Shown here: positions 35,503 to 45,350 of the stretch, piece by piece
Numbering within the stretch: position 1 is the first letter of the stretch
Layout: the number at the start of each line of letters is the position of its first letter
Source of the DNA: an uncultured bacterium
GTDB lineage: Bacteria > Patescibacteriota > Minisyncoccia > Phycocordibacterales > UBA11359
Direction: 5' to 3'
DNA length: 64,000 bases
Assembly: GCA_903831815.1 (NCBI GenBank)
Contig: CAIKZC010000010.1
Location: forward strand, 14,914 to 78,913
Program-made: the position numbers and the translations under genes
Notes under the pieces: generated by a model
Told to the model about the DNA's origin: nothing
Databases searched by the model: none
Seen by the model: the letters and a program-made list of their open reading frames with translations, nothing else

Positions 35503-36744
35503 CTATTTCAAACGCTTTAAATGTTTTGGAAGCTCGTCTAGCGTGACGGTTTCCTGCGAGCAATTTTTGGTGGCGCGCACCAAAACCGTATGCTCGATAC
35601 TTTCTTTTTGGCCCATGAGTAAAATATATGGCACACAACACTGCTCGGCGTGCATCAATTGATGAGTCAACGTGTCTCGTATCAATGAATATACGACCGG
35701 CATTTTGGCTTGACGCAAAATTTCCAAAGTGTACAAACTTTTTAGTTTGGCTTCGAAGCCGATGTGCACGAAATAAAATAAAGCTCGTTTTTTTGAAGGC
35801 AGATCTTTTTTCTTTAAAGCGCCAATTTTTGTTTTTTGCAAATAAATTACCACGCGCGCAACAGGTACTTCTTTTTTGTAACCGATCTTTTTGGAAACCG
35901 GATTATAACGGAATCCGATAGCACAAGGATCTTCGTCTGTGGGTGCATTAGCGCGGCGAATCGTGAAAACTGTTTCGGAATAAATATTTCGATTGGCGAT
36001 CAATTTTGGATTGATGCGATATGGAATGTTGAGTGTCTCCATAAATTCCAAGACCTCTTTGAATTGGGTGCGACTTGATTCCGATAGGCAACTGATCGAT
36101 TGCGGAGCATTGACCGCCAACTCAATGGCTTTTGGATTGTCGGAGGTGACCACCAAAGTCGGGTCTTTTTTTAGAGTGCTTTGAAGAGTTGCAGGAAGTT
36201 CACCCAAGAATTTTCTGTAGTAATTGTGTAATTCACGGTTAAAGCGTGCAGCCGAATCTCGATCGCCGAGACTGTTTAATTCTACGACCATATCTTCTTT
36301 ATATTCTTCACACAAAATAGTATAAGCGGTGTGAATTAGAGCGGCCTCGGAAATACTTTTTGAAGATCCGATGATGTCGAGCGTTATTTGTCTTGTTGCG
36401 GCACCGGATTGTTCATTTTCTCGGGGCAGGTGACTCTCATAATAGAACATCGGTGTCTGTTGATATCCTGAAAATTTTCTATCGGCATAAGCGCGAAGGA
36501 TGGCCGAAAGCTCGTCGGTATTTATTTTTGAAAAGGGAGAGTGTTGCTCTTGGGGACATCGTAATTCTCTGGCGACATGCATGTCGTGTCGTGTGACTTG
36601 AATTTTTGGCAGCAAAGAAAAACCGTAATACTCGGCGATCTTAGCAGCCTTTTCCATGGAATCATAGCGAGGAGTAAACTTCTGTTGTGACGATTTATCT
36701 TTTTGGCTGGCCTGTCGAATTTTTCGTAATGCTATTTTCGTCAT
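35503..36744 (-). CDS. Divergent HisRS/HisZ-like protein with anticodon-binding domain
   Basis: 'VELNSLGD', 'YRINPKLI', C-terminal 'QLMHAEQ..VPYILLMGQKE'; catalytic motifs degenerate. Confidence 0.7.
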   Translation of the reverse strand: MTKIALRKIRQASQKDKSSQQKFTPRYDSMEKAAKIAEYYGFSLLPKIQVTRHDMHVARELRCPQEQHSPFSKINTDELSAILRAYADRKFSGYQQTPMFYYESHLPRENEQSGAATRQITLDIIGSSKSISEAALIHTAYTILCEEYKEDMVVELNSLGDRDSAARFNRELHNYYRKFLGELPATLQSTLKKDPTLVVTSDNPKAIELAVNAPQSISCLSESSRTQFKEVLEFMETLNIPYRINPKLIANRNIYSETVFTIRRANAPTDEDPCAIGFRYNPVSKKIGYKKEVPVARVVIYLQKTKIGALKKKDLPSKKRALFYFVHIGFEAKLKSLYTLEILRQAKMPVVYSLIRDTLTHQLMHAEQCCVPYILLMGQKESIEHTVLVRATKNCSQETVTLDELPKHLKRLK

Positions 36745-36762
36745 GGAATTTTTTATTAAGGC

Positions 36763-37353
36763 TTATCTGTTTGTAACTTGGGATTCACCTGGCAGAAACG
36801 ATATCTGATTGAAAGGGAAGAGTCTCATGAACGGTCTTCCGATGATATATTTTTTGTCGAGCGGTCCCCAAGATCGAGAATCAAAACTGGCGGCGCGATT
36901 ATCACCCATTGTGAAGTATTGGCTGTTGGAAAGAGTTATCGTAAGTTTGTTGGAAGTAATATTGGTTGGCGCCACATACTTTTCCGTCAAAGTGAAACCA
37001 AGAGGATGATCTTTGTTGGTAATAATGACCTTGGAACCCTCGATTTGGACTGTTTCTCCGGGAAGTCCGATAACGCGTTTAATGAAATATTTGCTGGTAT
37101 CGTTCGGATATTTGAAGATGATGACATCGCCTCGCTCGATTGGTTCAAAACGATATGTAAGTTCGTCAACTATCAGATATTGATTGGAGGCGAATGTTGG
37201 GTCCATTGAAGAACCGTCAACAATGAAAGGTTGGGCAACAAAAAAGCGAATTGGAAGGATGATGGCGAGAGCGATAATGGCAAATATTGCAGTATCCTTC
37301 CAGAAATTTGCTTTTTTAGGAGGAAGAGTAGTTTCTACAATTTTTGTTTCCAT
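36763..37353 (-). CDS. lepB: Signal peptidase I
   Basis: 'GSSMDPT', 'FIKRVIGLPGE', 'MGDNRAASFDSR'. Confidence 0.96.
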   Translation of the reverse strand: METKIVETTLPPKKANFWKDTAIFAIIALAIILPIRFFVAQPFIVDGSSMDPTFASNQYLIVDELTYRFEPIERGDVIIFKYPNDTSKYFIKRVIGLPGETVQIEGSKVIITNKDHPLGFTLTEKYVAPTNITSNKLTITLSNSQYFTMGDNRAASFDSRSWGPLDKKYIIGRPFMRLFPFNQISFLPGESQVTNR

Positions 37354-37464
37354 ATTTTGAATATATTGTACTACGCTCGCTGTGTTGACACAAGCGAAAA
37401 TATGATGTTTGATGGTTTTTTAAAAAATTTCGCAAGTTTGGTGCAGTCGTGATAGACTACTTTT

Positions 37465-38055
37465 ATGTTTATAATCGCCGGACTGGGAAATCCCGATCAA
37501 GAATACATTGGAACGCGACACAACACAGGCAGGATAATGCTGGAAGTTTTTCGAGCACGACATAATTTGCCTGCTTGGGACGCTGACAAAAAATCTAAAA
37601 GTTTAATTTCCAAAGGTGAGGTGGCAGGTGAAAAAGTAACATTGGTTGAGCCGGAAACTTATATGAACAAATCCGGATCGGCATTGTCATATTTTATAAA
37701 ATCAAAAAAAGCGGCTGAAAATCTGATTGTGATCTATGATGATCTGGATTTGCCTGTCGGTTCAATAAAGGTATCTTTCAATAAGAGTTCCGGCGGTCAC
37801 CGGGGATTGCAATCGATAATTTCGGCGGTCAAGACCGAAGCCTTTCTCCGTATCCGCGTCGGCATCTCCCCGGTGACCGCCTCCGGCAAACTCAAAAAAC
37901 CGAAAGGCGAGGATGCTGTCGGTAAACACATTTTAGGTGTCTTTAAAAAACCGGAACAAGATATTTTGAAAAAAGTGGCAATGCGTGTCAGTGATGCTTT
38001 AGAAATGCTTCTGACCGAAGGTAAAGAAAAAGCTATGGGTGAGTTCAATAAATAA
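37465..38055 (+). CDS. pth: Peptidyl-tRNA hydrolase
   Basis: 'GLGNP', 'TRHNTG', 'TYMNKSG', 'YDDLDL', 'GGHRG'. Confidence 0.96.
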   Translation: MFIIAGLGNPDQEYIGTRHNTGRIMLEVFRARHNLPAWDADKKSKSLISKGEVAGEKVTLVEPETYMNKSGSALSYFIKSKKAAENLIVIYDDLDLPVGSIKVSFNKSSGGHRGLQSIISAVKTEAFLRIRVGISPVTASGKLKKPKGEDAVGKHILGVFKKPEQDILKKVAMRVSDALEMLLTEGKEKAMGEFNK

Positions 38056-38254
38056 AAAAAGTAGCCGCAGGCGATCGTGGGAGATCGGCTGCGGCTATTG
38101 AGATGGTACTCTTTGGGGTTCAGGCAAAGAGTGTGGAACCACCTCGCTATGAGCACGAAACGGCTGGAGGGATGGCGGGGTGCCGTTCCGTTTTTGGTGG
38201 AGGAACGATTTTTGCCGCACGTTCCTTCACCGGGAGGGCTCGGGTAGTCGGGTG

Positions 38255-38485
38255 CTACTCTATATCACGCCACATATCACCCGGAAGAGGAATGGGCTGA
38301 GTTGTCCCAGAAATTCCTCCACTCGTTCGGGCATTTGTATCCGCCTGTTCATCAAGATATCGGTTCATGGCTTCGCAAGCTACTTCGCCGGCGGGGCCTT
38401 CATTGGCGGGTGGTGCACCCTCTTCGCTGGTCGGTTGAATCATACCAATTCCTAATTCAAGTCCGGTTAAACCATTGCGGTTCAT
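38255..38485 (-). CDS. Hypothetical protein (uncertain)
   Basis: SD GGAGG before ATG; GC-rich orphan ORF. Confidence 0.4.
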   Translation of the reverse strand: MNRNGLTGLELGIGMIQPTSEEGAPPANEGPAGEVACEAMNRYLDEQADTNARTSGGISGTTQPIPLPGDMWRDIE

Positions 38486-38583
38486 ACTAACCTCCATGTT
38501 TGTTGGAGACACTGAGACCTATTTGTACTGCAACTCTGGCATGAATATACCACAGCTTCTGTAAAAAACAAGTTTAATTTTAT

Positions 38584-38698
38584 AAACAAAAGAAAATAGC
38601 AGTTTTGAGGGACTCACGGAGCGCGACGGCGCGAGTGTGAAGGAAATTTCCAGCAGGAAATTTACCTGTGCCCTCAAAACTGCTATTTTCTTTTGTTT
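38584..38698 (+). repeat. Structured intergenic repeat, copy 2
   Basis: Perfect 28-bp outer IR plus core GCGC-GACG-GCGC and AAATTTCC-AGCA-GGAAATTT. Confidence 0.8.
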
Positions 38699-38705
38699 CT
38701 TATTC

Positions 38706-39866
38706 CTACTTCTTTCCTACAAACGCTAATGCCATTTTTTGATCCTTGGCATCAAATAAAGTTATCTTGAAATCGTAAGTCTTTCCAAGTTCAAGAGCTT
38801 CTCGAAGTTTGTCATCACTTCCAAATTCTGAAACGTGTACTAATCCAGCAATTCCTTCTTCAATCGAAGCCAACGCACCGTGTCGATTGTATTTAATGAT
38901 GACACCTTTGACCAAAGCATCTTTCTTGTATTTCTTTGAAGCTTCAACCCAAGGATTTGGTTTCAAAGCTTTGATTGAAAGAGAAATTTTATTGTCTTTG
39001 ATCTCAATAATTTTCACTTTGACAGTTTCGCCAACTTTGTAGAGAGCGCGAGGATCTTCAACGAGTGACCAATCGAGTTCGGAGATGTGGACAAGTCCTT
39101 CCAAACCTTCCTCGATCTTGACGAAGATTCCAAAATCAACGGTACCGGTGACTTCACCTTTAACTTCATCGCCAACCGTATATTTGCCGATAATTTTCTC
39201 TTTATCTTTTTGGGTTGGGCTCTTTTCTGAGAAAATAAGTTTGCCTTCCTTTGGAGTTGCACCAATAATCGTGACGTGAATTTTTGTATTTACTAATTTT
39301 CGCAATTCCTCAAGAATTTTATCCTTGTCGCCATCAACGATGCGAGGATAATGCTCAGGTTTAAGTTGTGAAGCCGGCAAAAATCCTTGGATGCCTTGCC
39401 ACAATATAATAAGACCACCTTTGTTGGCATCGGTGACCATGACTTCGATCAAAGTTTTATTCTTGATTGCTTCCTCGGCTTCGTTCCAGATAATTGCTTG
39501 CTTTGCTTCCTTGAGAGAAAGCTCGATGTATCCTTCAACGTTGTCGATATCAATAACTTTGGCTGCAACTTTGTCGCCAATGTTTATTTTTCGAACGATA
39601 TCGCGAGCGTTGGTAAATTCGCGACCGTAAATAATACCAGTTCCGTATGGAGCTAGATCTACATATACGGCAGCTTTGTCGATACTGATAACTGGACCTT
39701 CAACCATGTCGCCGACGTTTGGAGTCGCGATTGATTGCTCGATAAATTTAACCATTGGACCAGTAAGAACAGGCACAACAGGGGATTTACCTTTTTTAAC
39801 CTTTGCTAAAATTCCTTCCGCAGGTTTTTTACCTGCAGTTTTTTCGACTGCAACTTCTTTTTTCAT
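38706..39866 (-). CDS. rpsA: 30S ribosomal protein S1 (short, ~4 S1 domains)
   Basis: Repeated S1 domains 'GFLPASQL', 'EGLVHISEL', 'AGLVHVSEF'. Confidence 0.9.
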   Translation of the reverse strand: MKKEVAVEKTAGKKPAEGILAKVKKGKSPVVPVLTGPMVKFIEQSIATPNVGDMVEGPVISIDKAAVYVDLAPYGTGIIYGREFTNARDIVRKINIGDKVAAKVIDIDNVEGYIELSLKEAKQAIIWNEAEEAIKNKTLIEVMVTDANKGGLIILWQGIQGFLPASQLKPEHYPRIVDGDKDKILEELRKLVNTKIHVTIIGATPKEGKLIFSEKSPTQKDKEKIIGKYTVGDEVKGEVTGTVDFGIFVKIEEGLEGLVHISELDWSLVEDPRALYKVGETVKVKIIEIKDNKISLSIKALKPNPWVEASKKYKKDALVKGVIIKYNRHGALASIEEGIAGLVHVSEFGSDDKLREALELGKTYDFKITLFDAKDQKMALAFVGKK

Positions 39867-39889
39867 ACATTAATAGGGAACCTGACTGG

Positions 39890-39937
39890 TCCGTTGTCGC
39901 ACTCGAGCCTAGGGGCTCAACATGCTATGGGCAACGG
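39890..39937 (-). promoter_or_regulatory. Structured 5' leader of rpsA
   Basis: Minus strand CCGTTG...GAGCC-ccta-GGCTC...CAACGG nested stems ~25 nt upstream of ATG. Confidence 0.45.
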
Positions 39938-40075
39938 GATTAGCAGAAAGGCGCTCTTATAATTAAACAAAAACCGCATAACGGTTTTGATAGGGGAAGT
40001 ATACACTAAAATTGGGGGTTGTAAAGAGATGTTTTTAAAATAAAAAAAGTCGCCGCTCCCTAGGTGGGGGCGGCG

Positions 40076-40365
40076 CTGAAACAGGTCTTCTCGGTTTAGG
40101 GTTGGGTGCGACGATTATGAGGCACCCGACTTCAGGATCAATGGATCCTTACTCTGGATCATCCTAGGCGGACAATATTTCTGTCCGGTACTGCCGAGCA
40201 CCGAACTATTGTGCCTGCCATGTTGGAGTCCGTAACTCCACAATATTCCTTCTACAGGAAATATCTTGTGTTTGCCCTATTCCCTTATTTCTGATCTCCA
40301 CCCGGGCGAGCTTAAACCATTTTGGGGGAATCGAGATTTCTTTCTTCCTAAAAGAACTGTTTCAG
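40076..40365 (-). ncRNA. Candidate ~290-nt multi-stem non-coding RNA
   Basis: No ORF of 60 aa or more; terminal helix CTGAAACAG/CTGTTTCAG; at least 6 internal stems; TTGACA-16-TATACT upstream and GC hairpin plus T7 downstream on the minus strand. Confidence 0.6.
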
Positions 40366-40516
40366 AAAAGAGTATATACCTAGGTTAAATTATGTCAATA
40401 GTTTGTAAATGGGGATATCTTAAGTGATATGCAATATCACTAAGTGTGTCCCTTGTGGATAAAGTAGCTTGCAACAAAATTATTTTTGATATAGTGCAAA
40501 AGTCCATCTACCCAAC

Positions 40517-41035
40517 ATGAAAATTCAGGAAAATAATTACGCATTTATTGATAGTCAAAATCTTAACTTGAATATTCGTAATCAGGGTTGGAGTTTAGAT
40601 TTCGCTCGTTTTCGTGTGTATTTAAAAGAGAAATATGGAGTAACAAAAGCTTTTTTGTTTGTTGGGTATGTAGAAGAAAATCAAGAATTGTACGATTTTT
40701 TAATTCGTTCTAATTATGTTTGCATTTTCAAACCTATTTTATATAAAGACGGTGTGATAAAAGGAAATTGTGACGCGGAACTTGTTTTGTAGGCAATGAT
40801 TGAATATGAAAAATATGATAAAGCGGTAATTGTATCCGGTGACGGAGATTTTTATTGTTTAGCAAAATATCTTCTTGGGAAAAATAAGTTGAAGTTTATT
40901 GTCATCCCAAACAAACTTAAGTATTCTGCTTTATTGAAGTTTGAAATATTTCGCGAATATCGCAGATATTTGAACGATTTGAAGGAAAAATTGGAGTATA
41001 AAAAGAAAAGGCCCCACAAGGACGAAACCTTGTAG
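40517..41035 (+). pseudogene. NYN-domain nuclease interrupted by an in-frame TAG (40790-40792)
   Basis: 'AFIDSQNL...KGNCDAELVL*AMIEY...VSGDGDF'; both halves are in the same frame. Confidence 0.85.
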
Positions 41036-41062
41036 GGTGGACTTTTCCATTCTTAGTACTGC
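41000..41062 (-). ncRNA. Candidate antisense small hairpin RNA at the NYN 3' end
   Basis: Minus strand TTGACA-18-TATCAT (41095-41066), then ACTAAG..GAAAAGTCCA-CCCTACAAGG-tttcgt-CCTTGTGGGG-CCTTTTCTTTTT; the G-U pair favours the minus strand. Confidence 0.45.
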
Positions 41063-41133
41063 TTTATGATATCAAAATAGAAACCAAGCTGTCAAGCTGA
41101 AAAATTTTTAAAATATGATACAATGTCGGTATT

Positions 41134-41772
41134 ATGGTCATCACACATTACGGCGGAGAATTTTTTAAGATCCAGTTTGGCGAAGCGACACTCGCACTTA
41201 ATCCTGTTTCCAAAGATTCAAAATTAAAGTCAGCACGATTTGGTGCAGACGTCGCTCTCGTCAGTTTAAATGACCCGGATTTTAACGGCGTGGATCAAAT
41301 TGGTTTTGGCGAAAAAATGCCATTCATTGTTAATGGTCCTGGTGAATATGAGATCAAAGGTATTTTTATCAAAGGTTTTGGTTCAACTTCAAAATATGGT
41401 GGTGAAAGTCGCATCAACACGATTTATTCTATTTCTCTAGAAAATATGAATCTCTGTTTTCTGGGTGCGCTTGGTACGACGGAATTGTCAGCTGAAATAA
41501 AAGAGGCACTTGGAGATATAGATATCGTCTTTTTGCCGATTGGTGGAGAAGGAGTGCTTACGGCGGCTGAAGCCAATAAAGTGGCGACAGGACTCGAGCC
41601 AAAAATGATTATTCCGATGCATTTTGACGGTATGGGTGACAAAAGTTCTCTTACAAAATTTTTAAAAGAATCGGGATCTGAAGACGTAAAACCGGCCGAC
41701 AAATTAACCATCAAGAAAAAAGATTTGGAAGGCAAGGAAGGGGATGTTGTGGTCTTGTCTTCACAAGCGTAA
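41134..41772 (+). CDS. MBL-fold (lactamase_B_3-like) protein
   Basis: 'GPGEYEIKG', 'DIVFLPIGG', 'PKMIIPMHF'; metal ligands degenerate. Confidence 0.8.
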   Translation: MVITHYGGEFFKIQFGEATLALNPVSKDSKLKSARFGADVALVSLNDPDFNGVDQIGFGEKMPFIVNGPGEYEIKGIFIKGFGSTSKYGGESRINTIYSISLENMNLCFLGALGTTELSAEIKEALGDIDIVFLPIGGEGVLTAAEANKVATGLEPKMIIPMHFDGMGDKSSLTKFLKESGSEDVKPADKLTIKKKDLEGKEGDVVVLSSQA

Positions 41773-41790
41773 AATATAATTAAATAAAAA

Positions 41791-42213
41791 ATGGATCTCA
41801 TAAATCGTCTCCGCGAAAAACCAAGGTCAACAAAAAATGCGATTGCGATCACAACGAGCGCTGTGGTGACACTAGTGATTTTTGGATTGTGGATGTCGGT
41901 TTTTAATTTTGGAATGAGTACAAAACCGGCTGAGATCACGGCGGCGGTTCAAAATTCCGAAACTGATTTAAATCCATTTTCCGCTTTTTGGTCGGTGCTT
42001 TCAAAAGGTTGGGGAGGTTTGATGGAAAGTATAAATCAAGCTAAATCGGGGTTTGCTCAAATTCAAAATATTGCATCTTCGACGCAAGCTGCCGTGCAAT
42101 CGGGAGTAATTTTGGATACTCCGGCGACACAATCAACAAAAGACACAACCCCTAATCCATCTTCTCAAAAAGACGTATTAATCCTTACGGGTGACGAGAA
42201 TAACGGCAATTAA
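41791..42213 (+). CDS. Hypothetical membrane protein
   Basis: One TM near the N-terminus. Confidence 0.7.
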   Translation: MDLINRLREKPRSTKNAIAITTSAVVTLVIFGLWMSVFNFGMSTKPAEITAAVQNSETDLNPFSAFWSVLSKGWGGLMESINQAKSGFAQIQNIASSTQAAVQSGVILDTPATQSTKDTTPNPSSQKDVLILTGDENNGN

Positions 42214-42297
42214 ATTACGCCATAAAATTGTTTAAAATGGCTGTTATTTTGCTTCCAAATATGGTATAATAGACCGACATAATTCATCAAAATCAGT

Positions 42298-44763
42298 ATG
42301 GCTAAAGACAATTCTAAAGACATAAAAACCCCGCCGTTGGAGGCTAAAGCTCTGGTTGCGCGCAATATTTCGACCGAAATGAAAGAGTCGTTTATCGACT
42401 ATGCTATGTCGGTTATTACCGATCGAGCACTTACTGATGTGCGTGATGGTTTCAAACCGGTGCATCGTCGTATTTTGTACGCGATGAACGAAATGGGTCT
42501 CACGGCCGGTGGCAAAAATCGTAAATCAGCAGCTGTTGTTGGAGAGGTGCTCGGTAACTATCATCCGCACGGTGATGTCGCGGTTTATGAATCCATGGTC
42601 AAAATGGCGCAGGGTTTCTCGATGCGCTACCCGATGGTTTTAGGTCAAGGAAACTTTGGATCGATTGATGGAGACTCGGCTGCTGCGATGCGTTACACCG
42701 AAGCTAAGATGTCTAGGCTTGCCGGTGAAATGCTTAAAGATATTGAAAAAGAAACGGTGGATTTCCGACCAAACTATGACGGTACACGCAAAGAGCCTGT
42801 GGTTTTACCGGCCGCTGTTCCGAACTTACTCCTTAATGGTACTCTCGGCATCGCTGTTGGTATGGCTTCTAACGTGCCACCACACAATTTGCGCGAGATT
42901 GTTGATGCGACGATACATTTAATAGACAACTCGGATGCAACGACTGAGGACTTGATGCAATTTGTCAAAGGTCCGGATTTTCCGACCGGTGGAGTGGCTT
43001 TTGGTTACAAAGATATTCAACATGCTTATGCCAATGGTAAAGGAGGTGTCGTGGTGCGTGGTGAAGCGGAAATTGTGGAGACTAAAGCTGGCGCTTTCCA
43101 AATTATCATTACTTCAATTCCATATCGCGTAAATAAATCTGAATTGATTCAGAAAATTGCCGAATTGGTGCGTGAGAAAAAGGTTGAAGGCATTAACGAG
43201 CTTCGTGATGAGTCGACCAAGGATATTCGTGTTGTGGTGGGGTTGAAGCGCGACGCGCATGCTCAAGCCGTGCTCAACTTTTTATACAAACATACGCAGT
43301 TGGAGGAAGCTTTCAATTACAATATGGTCGCGCTTCTTAAAGGTGTTCCCCAAACTCTCTCCCTCAAAACCATTTTGGAAGAATTTATCGATCACCGTAA
43401 AGTGGTTATTCGTCGACGTACCGAATTCGATCTCCGAAAAGCCGAAGATCGCGAGCATATTTTGCTCGGTTTGAAAAAAGCGCTCGATCATATCGACGAA
43501 ATCGTTCAGCTCATCAAAAAATCCAAAGATACTCCGACCGCTCATGCCAATTTGATCGCCAAATTCCGTTTTTCCGACAAACAAGCGGCCGCAATTTTGG
43601 AAATGAAGCTCTCGCGACTTGCCGGTCTTGAGCGACAGAAAATTGAGGATGAATTAAATGCTGTTCAAGCTTTGATCCAAGAGCTCAAAGAAATTTTGTC
43701 CAATATTAAAAAATTGGTGGGCATTGTTAAAACAGAACTCAAAGAAATTTCAGAAAAATATGGCGATGAGCGACGCACCAAGATCGTCAAACATGCCGTT
43801 CAAGAATTTTCTATGGAAGATTTGATTCCAAACGAAGAAAGCGTTTTGGTTTTGACTAAAGGTGGATATATAAAACGTACCAATCCGGATGAATATCGCA
43901 AACAGCGTCGAGGTGGCGTTGGTGTGGTTGACCTTGATACTAAAGAGGAAGATTTTGTCACACATTTCTTGAAAGCCAGCACGCACAACGATTTGCTTTT
44001 CTTTACCGACAAAGGCAAGGCCTATCAGATCAAGATGTACGATATTCCTGAGGGACGACGAGCGACTCGTGGCAAGTCAATCATGAACTTTTTGTCTTTG
44101 AATCAGGAAGAAAAAGTGACTTCAATTTTGCCAATGCCAAAAGAGATCAAAGGCAGTACACTTTCGCTTGTAATGGTAACGCGTCAGGGAGTTTCCAAAA
44201 AATGCGCCGCTGAAAGTTTCCAAGATGTTCGACGATCGGGAATTATCGCAATCAAACTTGGCGAAGGTGATGAACTTATTTCCGTTGGATTTGCGGACAA
44301 GGGCGACGACATATTCGTGGCCACTCATAAAGGACAATCAATCCGATTTAAAGAGGCAAATGTACGCGAAATGGGTCGCGCTGCTGCCGGTGTGATTGGT
44401 ATGAAACTTGGCAAAGGTGATTTCATTATTGGTGCCGGTGTGGTCAAGAAAGATAAACAAGATTCCGAGATTTTGGCCATTTCAGAAAACGGTTACGGTA
44501 AAAAGACCAAGAGCGAAGAATACAAAACGCAAAATCGTGGTGGTTCCGGTATCAAAACATTTAAAGTGACTTCAAAGACCGGCAATTTAATCGGCGCGCA
44601 AGTGGTGACCGAAGAGGAGGAAGAAGTTGTGGCCATTTCCAAAAAGAGTCAGGTCATCAGATTGGATATCAAAGAAATTCCATCTCTTGGACGACAGACG
44701 CAAGGTGTGCGCATTATGAAACTGCGAGAAGGGGACTCGATCGCCTCGACCATTTGTTTGTAA
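42298..44763 (+). CDS. gyrA: DNA gyrase subunit A
   Basis: 'DGFKPVHRR', 'YHPHGD', 'AAMRYTEA', GyrA box 'QRRGGVG', CTD blades. Confidence 0.98.
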   Translation: MAKDNSKDIKTPPLEAKALVARNISTEMKESFIDYAMSVITDRALTDVRDGFKPVHRRILYAMNEMGLTAGGKNRKSAAVVGEVLGNYHPHGDVAVYESMVKMAQGFSMRYPMVLGQGNFGSIDGDSAAAMRYTEAKMSRLAGEMLKDIEKETVDFRPNYDGTRKEPVVLPAAVPNLLLNGTLGIAVGMASNVPPHNLREIVDATIHLIDNSDATTEDLMQFVKGPDFPTGGVAFGYKDIQHAYANGKGGVVVRGEAEIVETKAGAFQIIITSIPYRVNKSELIQKIAELVREKKVEGINELRDESTKDIRVVVGLKRDAHAQAVLNFLYKHTQLEEAFNYNMVALLKGVPQTLSLKTILEEFIDHRKVVIRRRTEFDLRKAEDREHILLGLKKALDHIDEIVQLIKKSKDTPTAHANLIAKFRFSDKQAAAILEMKLSRLAGLERQKIEDELNAVQALIQELKEILSNIKKLVGIVKTELKEISEKYGDERRTKIVKHAVQEFSMEDLIPNEESVLVLTKGGYIKRTNPDEYRKQRRGGVGVVDLDTKEEDFVTHFLKASTHNDLLFFTDKGKAYQIKMYDIPEGRRATRGKSIMNFLSLNQEEKVTSILPMPKEIKGSTLSLVMVTRQGVSKKCAAESFQDVRRSGIIAIKLGEGDELISVGFADKGDDIFVATHKGQSIRFKEANVREMGRAAAGVIGMKLGKGDFIIGAGVVKKDKQDSEILAISENGYGKKTKSEEYKTQNRGGSGIKTFKVTSKTGNLIGAQVVTEEEEEVVAISKKSQVIRLDIKEIPSLGRQTQGVRIMKLREGDSIASTICL

Positions 44764-44792
44764 CAGACGAGACATTAAAAATATAAAAAAGG

Positions 44793-44826
44793 AAGCGCAG
44801 TTTTGCTCGGAGCAAAACTGCGCTTT
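44793..44826. terminator. Long palindrome / terminator between convergent genes
   Basis: AAGCGCAGTTTTGCTC-G-GAGCAAAACTGCGCTT. Confidence 0.7.
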
Positions 44827-44839
44827 CACGTTTCTGGCA

Positions 44840-45175
44840 CTACTTCACCGAAGGTTTGGACAGAATAAAGACGGCCGACGAACTTCTGCATCCATGCAAT
44901 TTGTCCATCCCCGCGTTCAAACCATGTCTATCTGCCAAAACCCTGGCGAACAGACCATAGTCATTGTGAGGTTCGATCTTCACTTTGACCATGGCTTGGA
45001 TGTGGTCAGGGTGTTCGGGGGTTATCCACCCGAGTCTCACGTCGTTTCGAAAGACGGAAAGTTCCACCCTATGTTTGTCAAAAACCAAATGATCCTCCGC
45101 ATGCAGGTTAGTGCGACCGACGTATTGTCCACGAGCATCGAGTAGCACAAGCCCCGCATATCTTTTTTCGTACAT
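44840..45175 (-). CDS. Hypothetical protein (orphan)
   Basis: AAGGAG SD 5 nt before ATG at 45175. Confidence 0.6.
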   Translation of the reverse strand: MYEKRYAGLVLLDARGQYVGRTNLHAEDHLVFDKHRVELSVFRNDVRLGWITPEHPDHIQAMVKVKIEPHNDYGLFARVLADRHGLNAGMDKLHGCRSSSAVFILSKPSVK

Positions 45176-45350
45176 AAGCACTCCTTTGATTACGGTTTCG
45201 TGACTTATAAAAACAACATCTGCATATAGACTGTTCCTTTTAAATATAATGTCAAGTTAATAAATTTTGGAGGAAATACCTACGAAATATGATTTACTTT
45301 GCTCAAGCTATCCACTTCCTACTTTACTCAGTGTGTCATATAATAGAAGC

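Noticed and set aside
40076-40365. RNase P RNA or tmRNA
   Set aside because: Hallmark motifs not found on either strand; kept as an unknown ncRNA candidate
40790-40792. TAG reassignment (alternative genetic code)
   Set aside because: Core genes such as ftsZ, rpsA, rbfA and trxB terminate normally at TAG
41010-41040. Hammerhead ribozyme (GGACGAAAC)
   Set aside because: No CUGAxGA core nearby; better explained as a simple minus-strand hairpin
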